DNA of 64,000 bases from a virus. Location of the stretch: IMG/VR virus record IMGVR_UViG_3300025012_000046, positions 1 to 64,000 of that record, one strand, 5' to 3'. Shown here piece by piece: positions 51,242 through 59,588 of this stretch; the first letter of the stretch is position 1, and each line of letters opens with the position of its first letter. The translations under genes were made by a program, and so were the position numbers. The notes under the pieces are model-generated. The model had not been told where the DNA came from. It did no database searches and saw only the letters and a program-made list of their open reading frames with translations.

Positions 51242-51655
51242 AGTATAATAGAGGCTAACAAATGAAACACATATTTTTGATATTATGCTGTACCGGTTTG
51301 TTAACATCGTGCACAGTACAAATACCAGTTAAAAGATGTGGCGAATGTACTTGGTATCGGGTGGTGTGTGTTGAAGATTGCCGGTAGATAAAGGTAAAAA
51401 CAATGGAACACGCAATGAGAGAGGCTGCTGAAGCCAAGCCTAAGAAAACAAAAACCAAAAAGAAGTCATTCATTGAAAATTTAATAGGTCAGAAAATAAT
51501 CATCCTTGATGACTATGGTGATCAGCTATACGCAAAAGCTGGAAAAGATATTGTACTAGTTGAGATAGATGATGTGCGTAGAGTTTACGTTATCGCTATT
51601 GGAGAAAAACAATTTGCTGTACATTACGACAACATAGGAGGAATAGGCACGCTTA

Positions 51656-52216
51656 GTGAGTGAGATATTTGAAGAAGAACTAAAACAGATACAGGATAAT
51701 GAGATACGAGAGTTTACTAGGTATATACTTAGTAAAAGGCCTTCTTATTTCGACCACGTAGCAGCCTCATCTACAGGTAAATACCATAACCCAAATGAAA
51801 ACGGTGTTGGAGGTTTGATTAGACACACCAAAGGGGTATGCTATATGGCTAAGGAATTTGCCAGTGTGTACAACTTCGCACCAATTGATGTTGACATTGT
51901 AATGTCTGCTGCCATTTTGCACGATATTTGTAAATATGGTATTGGTATAAAGCAGGCTCACACAACACGCGACCATGATGAACAAGGTGCAAAATATATA
52001 CAGATAATGGCAAAAACTGCCCCGCCTTGCCGTTATTTAGATGAAATATGTCGAGCAGTAGCAGCACACATGGGCAGATGGAAAGTAGGAAAAACGGTTG
52101 TATTTCCCAAAGACCTAAACGAAATACAACAGTGTCTCCACTTGGCTGATGTAGCTGCTAGTCGAAAGAAAGTAAACATAGAACTGTTTGACGAAGACAC
52201 ACCACTAATAGGATAA
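51656..52216 (+). CDS. HD-domain phosphohydrolase
   Basis: SSTGKYH...GGLIRHT...LHDICK...H...HMG...LAD. Confidence 0.88.
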   Translation: MSEIFEEELKQIQDNEIREFTRYILSKRPSYFDHVAASSTGKYHNPNENGVGGLIRHTKGVCYMAKEFASVYNFAPIDVDIVMSAAILHDICKYGIGIKQAHTTRDHDEQGAKYIQIMAKTAPPCRYLDEICRAVAAHMGRWKVGKTVVFPKDLNEIQQCLHLADVAASRKKVNIELFDEDTPLIG

Positions 52217-53052
52217 CAAATGGAAAAAGAATATTTCTGTCCCAACTGTAACGAAAACAAAACAGCATCTGTATTTGAGGGTGTAGATGGTACGCTGATT
52301 ATTTGCAACACATGTGGTTCATTCGTAGAGTGTACCGCGTATCAAGACTTTGACGAGTTCTCTGTGCGAGAGATAAAGCTTCTCATAGAGCAACTTCAAA
52401 CAAAAGTCACAAACATGCTTGACGAAGCTAACCAACTTCTTTTCAGAAAAGAAGCACTAAAAGATTTGATTAAGGATTATATTTAATGGAACATGAGTGT
52501 GAAGATAATGTTTGTTGTGAGTGTGAACGTGTAGAAGAGTTGGTAGAGGCATTGGGCGATTTCTTTGAAGATACTGGATTTTCAGCGTATGACGTGCTTT
52601 TTGGTATATCTATTATCGCACATGATTTGAAAATTGAGGCTGAAGAAGAGAGTGACTTTAACTTGGCTGAGTCACTTGCGGCTGACATAGACGCCTTTGA
52701 GACGTGCTTGGATAAACTTGAGCAGAACGCTGAGTTCTTTGGAAACTGTAAGGGTTCGGGAGTGACTAACTAATGGGTGTTGATTTTTATACTTGTGAGT
52801 ACTGCGGAGAGGCATTTCCTGACTGCGGAGAGTACGTACACTGTGACGAGTGCTGGAGGCATTGGTGTTGTGAGGAGTGTGCAGAAAAAGACGGCGCTGT
52901 TTATAAAGAAGATGGTGATGTAGAAAGCTGCAAGTACTGTCGCTGCGAAGACGTTGATGACTATGTGTTGGTAGCGTTTATGCTACGTTACTTCAACACA
53001 ACCAGAGAAGATATGGTTAAACAATATTTTAATACTAAGGGGAATAAATAAA

Positions 53053-53301
53053 TTGGAAAAAGCAGCTTTCGTAGATTTTGCTACTAGAATTATCCAGCTT
53101 GAGAAGGACAAGAAAGAAATCAGCGACGAGATTAAAGACTCCATTGCTGCGTTCGCTGAGAACAATGGACTTGAAACAGACTCAGTAAAAGATAGTCTAT
53201 CGGCGTACAAAAAATACCTAAAGGACAGTGAGAAATTCTGTCTCGTAGATTCAGAACTCGCGGCTATTATAAATGCAGTCATTTATTCTGAAATCAACTA
53301 A
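53053..53301 (+). CDS. GapR/DUF2312-like small dsDNA-binding protein
   Basis: RIIQLEKDKKEISDEIKD...NGLE pattern resembles GapR and T4 DsbA. Confidence 0.55.
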   Translation: MEKAAFVDFATRIIQLEKDKKEISDEIKDSIAAFAENNGLETDSVKDSLSAYKKYLKDSEKFCLVDSELAAIINAVIYSEIN

Positions 53302-53306
53302 AGAAT

Positions 53307-53478
53307 AAGCCCTCACGCCTCTTCTCAGAAAGCGCAACACGAGGATCAGGTGAATTCTAGGTAGTAGCCTGACGGTGTTTGTAGGAGTTCACTAGGCTAA
53401 TAAAACCTGCGGTGCTAAGGAGTTTGGCGGTTTGTACTTAGCATCAGTTATAACAACCGCTATAATTTAGAGGCTTTT
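53307..53478 (+). ncRNA. structured intergenic RNA with an H-type pseudoknot (cis-regulatory element or sRNA)
   Basis: stems 53349-53357/53385-53393 and 53411-53419/53437-53445; loop GGCGGTT pairs with AACCGCT at 53455-53461. Confidence 0.6.
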
Positions 53479-53874
53479 ATGGAAGAAAAATTCAACTACG
53501 AGTATTTCAGAAGCAGCCAGTTTTACCAAGAGCTTCAGGCTGACATGGACAAGCTACTTGAAAAAGCATTCAACCGTGGCTTTAAATACGCATGTGCCAA
53601 GCTGGATAAAACTTTGAAGGAAATGAAAGAAGTACAACAAATACTAGATAAGATGGAGCAATAATGGAACCTAATGTGTGGGAGAGCCGTAAGAATTTTG
53701 TTTTCGGTATAATAGAAGACGATAAAGAACTTAGGGCTATTAAGGAGAAAGAGCTTCGTATTGCTTTTACTTGTGGTTATGACTACGCTATGCGAAGCTT
53801 AAATAAAGCGTTGGAAAATATCACAGAACTTAAAGATCACATAGAACAGTCTATTAAGGAGCAAGAAACCAAAG

Positions 53875-54315
53875 ATGACGCTGCCGAAAATAATTAAAAT
53901 CAAATACTTTGACCCAGACATGCCGCGCATAGAAAAGATTGATAAAGGTGATTGGATAGACCTTAGAAGTGCTATTAATGTAAGCCTTAAGGCTGGAGAA
54001 TTTAAGCTTATACCTCTAGGCGTAGCTATGCAATTGCCTAGTGGATTTGAAGCGCATATAGCACCAAGAGGCTCCTCATTCAAGAATTTCAGTATAACGC
54101 AAACTAATAGTGTAGGTGTAGTTGATGAAACTTTTTGTGGTGACAACGATCAGTGGTTTATGCCAGTACTTGCCAACAAAGACACCGAAATAAACAAGTA
54201 TGACAGAATATGTCAATTTAGGGTAGTAGAGAAGATGCCTGCCTTAGTTTTTGAAGAGGTAGATATTTTAAATAATAATGACCGTGGAAGTCATGGCTCA
54301 ACTGGAATTAACTGA
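53875..54315 (+). CDS. dut: trimeric dUTPase
   Basis: IDL, PRGS, GVVDETF, RICQ and RGSHGSTG motifs. Confidence 0.92.
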   Translation: MTLPKIIKIKYFDPDMPRIEKIDKGDWIDLRSAINVSLKAGEFKLIPLGVAMQLPSGFEAHIAPRGSSFKNFSITQTNSVGVVDETFCGDNDQWFMPVLANKDTEINKYDRICQFRVVEKMPALVFEEVDILNNNDRGSHGSTGIN

Positions 54316-54329
54316 AATGAGGATATTGA

Positions 54330-56552
54330 ATGTCATATGAATTAAATGGGATGGCCGCTGATATTTGGGCTAAAAAATATAAAGCAGATTCCGACACAAC
54401 TATAGAAGATATGTGGAGAAGAACCGCCAAAGCAATGTCTTCAGTAGAGCAAGACAAAGAGTATTGGGAAAACGAATTTTACCAATTACAGTATGACTTC
54501 AAGTTCATTCCTGGCGGTAGGATAAACGCGGGAGCAGGCACACTAAATAATTATTTGTTAAATTGTGCCGTCCTGCCGGTAGAGGACTCTATAGATGGTA
54601 TCTACGAAGCTATTAAACGATCTGCGGTTATGGCCAAGTGTAACTACGGAATTGGCTTTGACTTCTCCTCGCTCAGACCTAAAGGAGATATTGTGTCAAA
54701 GGGCGGCGTGTCTAGCGGCCCTGTTAGCTTCATGCGTGTTTTTGACACAAGCGGGGCTATTATTGAAACCGGAGGTGGAAGACGCGCTGCGGCAATCGGG
54801 ATACTCAGAGTCGATCATCCAGACATTCTTGAGTTTATTGATGCAAAAAGACAAGAAGGTGTACTGACTCAGTTTAACATAAGTGTAGGTATTACTGACG
54901 AGTTTATTAACGCTGTTAAGAACAATGAAGACTTTGATCTAAGCTTTAAAGGAAAAGTATATAAGACCGTTAAGGCCAAAGAAATTTGGGATAAGCTGGT
55001 TAAGTCTGGGTATAATTATAATGACCCTGGAATTTTTTATATAGATCAAGTTAACAAGTGTAACAACGGCTATTACTTGTACGACATTGCTGCGTCCAAC
55101 CCCTGTGGTGAAATTCCACTACCACCCTACGGTGTTTGTGATCTTGGTAACATAAATCTGACTAAATTTGTAGTAGACCCCTTCACTCCAGTCTTGCGAG
55201 GGACAAGCTATAAAGATGAGTGGAGTTACAATTTTAACTGGGCATCTTACGAAGATACTATTAAGACGGCTGTTAGATTTCTAGACAATGTTCTGGATGT
55301 TTCTGATTATCCGTATAAAGAAATAGCAGACAGAGCAAAAGGGGATCGTAGAATAGGACTTAACGGAGTAGCAGGGTTAGGCTCGTTTTTGGCTATGCTA
55401 AGAGTGCCTTACGACTCAGCAGAAGCTATTGAGATAGCAAAAATTCTACAAGAATTCACAATGCGCACTGCATATAACGCGTCAGTAGAGTTGGCCAAAG
55501 AAAAAGGAGCATTTGCTAATTTTGACGCTGAAAAGTATACTAAAGCTGTGTTTATACTAAAGCACTTTACCGACTATGAACTTCTAGACGAAATTTATGA
55601 TTACGGTATTCGCAACATAGCGCTGCTTACGATTCCACCTGTGGGTACTGGAAGTTTAATTGCTGGTAACATTTCAAACGGGCTAGAGCCTATATTTGCT
55701 CTTGAATATAATCGTAACGTAAGGCAACTTGATGGCACTACTAAACAGGAGCCAGTTGAAGATTACGCGTGGAAATTATACAAACAAGCTAACAATACTG
55801 GAGATACTACTTTACCAACTAGTTTCTTTAAAACGTCAAGAGAAATTTCACCTAAAGCTCACGTAGATATGCAGGCTGCTTTGCAGGAATTTATTGATGG
55901 GTCTATAAGTAAAACCGCTAACATACCAGAAAGTTTTACTATAAAAGAGTACGAAGAGTTACTTTGGTATGCCCTTGACAAAGGGTGTAAGGGCTTCACT
56001 ACTTTTAGAGAAGGAACCAGAGAAGGTGTATTGGAGACTAAAAAAGAAAAGCCTAAAGTTCAACAGGAAGAGAAAATAAAGTCAGTTGAGCCAAAAAAGA
56101 AACGACCTAGAGCACTTGACGGTAAGACCTATAAACTGAAAGATGACTTAGGCAACTTATACGTTACTATTAACGACATAGAAGAAAGAGGCAAGACTAA
56201 GCCTTTTGAAATATTTATTAATAGTAATGGCGAGAACTCTCAGTACGCTCCTTGGTACAGAGCTATGGGTAAGTTAATGTCTGCTGTTATGAGGAGAACA
56301 GACGATTGTAGCTTCATGGTAAAGGATTTACAGTCAATATACGGGCAGCATGGCTTCTTTTCAGACGGGACTTATGTGCAATCCCAACCACAGATGGTGG
56401 GAAATGTACTACGAGAGCATTTAGATAGCCTTAACCCTGACGTTAAAAAGGAAGTTAAGCACCTTAAATGCCCTGAATGTGGAGAGATGAGTTACGTTAA
56501 GGAGGGTGGTTGTAGTAAGTGTCTTAGTTGCTCTTACTCTACTTGTGGTTAG
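54330..56552 (+). CDS. nrdJ: class II (adenosylcobalamin-dependent) ribonucleotide reductase
   Basis: PGGRI...NCAV, NPCGE, CDLG, PPVGTGS, SISKT; C-terminal TSCPD-like domain and Zn ribbon; no small-subunit gene adjacent. Confidence 0.9.
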   Translation: MSYELNGMAADIWAKKYKADSDTTIEDMWRRTAKAMSSVEQDKEYWENEFYQLQYDFKFIPGGRINAGAGTLNNYLLNCAVLPVEDSIDGIYEAIKRSAVMAKCNYGIGFDFSSLRPKGDIVSKGGVSSGPVSFMRVFDTSGAIIETGGGRRAAAIGILRVDHPDILEFIDAKRQEGVLTQFNISVGITDEFINAVKNNEDFDLSFKGKVYKTVKAKEIWDKLVKSGYNYNDPGIFYIDQVNKCNNGYYLYDIAASNPCGEIPLPPYGVCDLGNINLTKFVVDPFTPVLRGTSYKDEWSYNFNWASYEDTIKTAVRFLDNVLDVSDYPYKEIADRAKGDRRIGLNGVAGLGSFLAMLRVPYDSAEAIEIAKILQEFTMRTAYNASVELAKEKGAFANFDAEKYTKAVFILKHFTDYELLDEIYDYGIRNIALLTIPPVGTGSLIAGNISNGLEPIFALEYNRNVRQLDGTTKQEPVEDYAWKLYKQANNTGDTTLPTSFFKTSREISPKAHVDMQAALQEFIDGSISKTANIPESFTIKEYEELLWYALDKGCKGFTTFREGTREGVLETKKEKPKVQQEEKIKSVEPKKKRPRALDGKTYKLKDDLGNLYVTINDIEERGKTKPFEIFINSNGENSQYAPWYRAMGKLMSAVMRRTDDCSFMVKDLQSIYGQHGFFSDGTYVQSQPQMVGNVLREHLDSLNPDVKKEVKHLKCPECGEMSYVKEGGCSKCLSCSYSTCG

Positions 56553-56557
56553 CAAAT

Positions 56558-57130
56558 ATGTCTAAGTGGAAGTGGGATGAAAGTTTAACAGATTTTTTGC
56601 CTGGAGCCAATTTTAAAGATAGAACAGGTATAGTATATAGTCAACTAACTTGCTTATATCCTACAGGAAGAAAACCAAAACATACCTATTGGATGTGCAT
56701 ATGTTCATGTGGTAATTTTATAGAAGTTTCATCCAATAATTTACATACATATACAACTACGTCGTGTGGTTGCAGGAGAATAGGTGAAACAAATCCAAGG
56801 TGGAGTGGTTACAAAGAAATACCAGGAAGCTATCTTAAAAACTTAAAGAGCAGCGCAGAAACTCGTAATATAAAAGTTGAAATAACCATAGAAGACCTGT
56901 GGAATAAATTAGTTGGGCAAGATTTTAAGTGTGCTTTATCTGGACTAACTATAGGATTTAAAGGTAAGCGCGGAAGCGAAAATACCGCATCGTTGGACAG
57001 AATAGACTCCAATAAAGACTATGTTTTGAGCAACGTACAATGGCTACATAAAAACATTAATAAAATGAAATGGGATTTAGACCAAGACTTGTTTATACAA
57101 TACTGTAAGCTTATAGCAAACAACAAATAA
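56558..57130 (+). CDS. putative homing endonuclease (His-Me finger)
   Basis: WMCICSCG...SCGC N-terminal domain; CALSG...SLDRIDSNKDY...NVQWLHKNINKMK. Confidence 0.8.
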   Translation: MSKWKWDESLTDFLPGANFKDRTGIVYSQLTCLYPTGRKPKHTYWMCICSCGNFIEVSSNNLHTYTTTSCGCRRIGETNPRWSGYKEIPGSYLKNLKSSAETRNIKVEITIEDLWNKLVGQDFKCALSGLTIGFKGKRGSENTASLDRIDSNKDYVLSNVQWLHKNINKMKWDLDQDLFIQYCKLIANNK

Positions 57131-57172
57131 AAAGAGCCGCTATAGACTGGAGGTAGGTCTATAGCGGCTTAT
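57124..57172. terminator. terminator at the convergence of the two transcription blocks
   Basis: 13-bp perfect stem AGCCGCTATAGAC/GTCTATAGCGGCT (57135-57169); T-rich tail on the - strand. Confidence 0.85.
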
Positions 57173-57207
57173 CTGTTCAGAGCACCCGAACAGAGCATAG
57201 TAAATTT

Positions 57208-57871
57208 TTAAGCTGCACCGTACCCAGATTCTTCATACCAAAATAGGTTTAGGTTAACAGCCGCAGCTGCCGTTCCGTTATTTATTATTCTAAAAACATA
57301 ATTAGTAGAAGGCTTAAGTACCCACTCGTTGTCGTTGGAAACAGCCCCCACCAGTCCTGACTGTCCCGCCAGTACCAGTTCCACCACCAATATAATCGGC
57401 AGGAAGTATTTTACCAGCACCTAAGCTTATACCTACGTCACGCTTTACAACTACCTGACTAGCATCTGGAAAATTTCTATTTCTATTCAGCGGAGTAATT
57501 AGTGTACCGTTTGAAACTGCGTCTGGTCCCTCTAGTATGTCTGTTACTATCTTTGGTCCATCAGTCTGTATCGAAGACGGTTTAAGATGAATGTATGGAG
57601 ACCCAGCTGGAGTAGTAAACTGAGTATATGACGTAGCTCCGTTACTTATAGTATATAAGTATTGTGCGCTGTATGCTATGCCGCTATGTACATACTTATG
57701 TGCCACGTCAATGCCACTTACAGCTTGCGTAACTAGCTCTAGCGGAAGTATAACTCCAAGCTCTCCGTTACTGTTTATTTTTACGAAGTGATATTCTCCA
57801 TCTAAATTACCAGATAGAACTGAGAATGGTCTTCCATTTCTATCGTTAGGCATTACAGTATTTTTATTCAT
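57208..57871 (-). pseudogene. single hypothetical (possibly virion) gene split by a 1-nt insertion near 57366
   Basis: track ORFs 57314..57871 and 57208..57420 join as ...GGGTGTGGQSGLVGAVSNDNEWVLKP... Confidence 0.55.
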
Positions 57872-57880
57872 AGATTTTCC

Positions 57881-58186
57881 TTAACTAATTACCTTAGATA
57901 TAAGCGCTAGAAACTCTCTAGCGTCCTTAAACTCAATCTCTCTTTCAACCGCATCTGCTAGCCAACCATTTAAAACCTTCCACTGCTTATTATCTATCTT
58001 TTTATGTGTAGATATTTTATCTTTAAGAGATTCATACCTCTTATACTTCAATAAACCGCTATCTTCTAAACAAACAGCCCACTTCTCGTTTAACCTGACT
58101 GCTACGCCTTGGTATCTTGTTATTCTAAGTAAATTCCAAAACGAAGATAGTTTATACGTTATTATTTCTAGGTTTACAGTTTTCAT
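57881..58186 (-). CDS. hypothetical protein
   Basis: ATGA overlap with the upstream gene. Confidence 0.55.
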   Translation of the reverse strand: MKTVNLEIITYKLSSFWNLLRITRYQGVAVRLNEKWAVCLEDSGLLKYKRYESLKDKISTHKKIDNKQWKVLNGWLADAVEREIEFKDAREFLALISKVIS

Positions 58187-58555
58187 GGTTGTGGATTAAC
58201 TATATTGTTAACTATTTTGCTAACTTCAGCGTAAGCTTCTACCTTCTTCTTGCCGTCCTCTGCTTCTTTCTTCATAACAGCAACTTGGTCTACTACGTTA
58301 ACTACATTAATAGCCTTTTGGGTCACAGCCTCTACTTTTGAGGTATCAGAACCTATAGCATGTATCCCACTAGTAGCCATAGCACCAGTAAACATTATTG
58401 TGGCTTCGTTTACAGGCACAGTTCCGGTTGCCATCCCGTAAACAGCTACACCAGCGGAAGCTAGTTGCACAACTCCCTTACCAGTTGACATTGGATCGCT
58501 TTTAGCATTTTTTAAAAAGTTTTTTATAAACTGTCCTATTTTTTTTTTTAAACAT
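58183..58555 (-). CDS. small membrane protein (holin-like); likely start 58555 is out of frame across an A11 run
   Basis: AGGAG RBS and ATG 58555; A10 would give MFKKKIGQFIKNFLKNAKSDPMSTGKG...; two hydrophobic segments. Confidence 0.5.
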
Positions 58556-58563
58556 ACATACTC

Positions 58564-59142
58564 CTATGCAGCTATCTTATAGTTGTTAGTGTAAGCGTAA
58601 ACTCTATTTTTATATACATTTATATTGTGGTCTTTAATATCTATCCCGCCGTCATTATCGTGTAAAATTAAGCTAGGAGCCTCTAGATGTTTATACAGCA
58701 GTTTAGGTATCATTGGTACAGGGTCATCGTCACAAATAACCCTATAGTGATTTAAAGAAGGCCCTTTGAAGAACTTAAAATACACTCTAGGACAGCCAAA
58801 GCTCACTACAGGCTTATCAAAAGCTTCACCTAGAAGAACAGCAATTGCACCGCCAAGTGAATGTCCAGTAAAAACTACATTATCACCTAAATCTTTAAAG
58901 TGGTCTTGCAGCACTTTAAACGCGCTGATAAATCCTTTATGCCCTAAAAATCCTTTTGGAGTTTTACTTGGAAATACTCTTAAGTCTCTAGCTACGTTTT
59001 TATTGTTGTCTGTGCCTCTAATAGCAATGTAAGTAGTTCCGTTTCGTGTTGTTTTGGTGTAATAAAGGTCATCTACTTTAACGCAATTCTGGTCAAAATA
59101 GCTTTCGTAGCAAAGATCAATACACGTTATAAGATGTTCCAT
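58564..59142 (-). CDS. class 3 lipase (alpha/beta hydrolase)
   Basis: IAIRGT, HKGF, GHSLGG, FGCPR, DPVP and C-terminal DH. Confidence 0.9.
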   Translation of the reverse strand: MEHLITCIDLCYESYFDQNCVKVDDLYYTKTTRNGTTYIAIRGTDNNKNVARDLRVFPSKTPKGFLGHKGFISAFKVLQDHFKDLGDNVVFTGHSLGGAIAVLLGEAFDKPVVSFGCPRVYFKFFKGPSLNHYRVICDDDPVPMIPKLLYKHLEAPSLILHDNDGGIDIKDHNINVYKNRVYAYTNNYKIAA

Positions 59143-59150
59143 ATTGGCCT

Positions 59151-59432
59151 CTATTTAATGACAGCACTGTTAACGCTGTTGTTTAGTAAACTGCTCCCAA
59201 CTCCAGCTATCCCTGTAGGCACTGCTTCGGTTAGATTGTCGAAGAGCGAACGGTTGCCTCTGTTGTCAACTGATATTTTTACCTTGTAGTCTTGAAACTC
59301 AAACTTAGCGTCGTGCTGAGAGTTAATAACATAAGTTTCACCGGAAGGTAGCGTTATGTTAGACTGACGAGAGCCTAGCGTGGAACATCCAGTTAATGTT
59401 AGGCATATGATTAGTATGGGTAGTGGTTTCAT
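59151..59432 (-). CDS. lipoprotein
   Basis: signal peptide with lipobox LTGC. Confidence 0.75.
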   Translation of the reverse strand: MKPLPILIICLTLTGCSTLGSRQSNITLPSGETYVINSQHDAKFEFQDYKVKISVDNRGNRSLFDNLTEAVPTGIAGVGSSLLNNSVNSAVIK

Positions 59433-59447
59433 ATTTATTTTACTAGT

Positions 59448-59546
59448 TCACGACTCTATATTAGAGTGGCTGTAAATTCCAAGCGTCCAGAGGCAGATAA
59501 TACGCGAATACAGTGTATGGTTCTTCTTGCGGAAAGCGACTTTCAT
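59448..59546 (-). pseudogene. truncated remnant, possibly the N-terminus of a permuted papain-like (NlpC/P60) protein
   Basis: GGAGG RBS; MKVAFRKK...SRIICLWTLGIYSH then a stop after 32 aa. Confidence 0.4.
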
Positions 59547-59588
59547 GCTACCTCCACAGTTATGATCTTAGTTCGTACCGGCAGGGCC

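Noticed and set aside
33518-54315. 2-aminoadenine (Z) or uracil-substituted genome
   Set aside because: No purZ in the window; the HD protein looks like a generic phage HD family member; dUTPase and ThyX argue for normal thymine.
1-57130. Numerous - strand ORFs in the track (and + strand ORFs after 57.2 kb)
   Set aside because: They are antisense shadows of well-supported genes, with no RBS or recognisable motifs.
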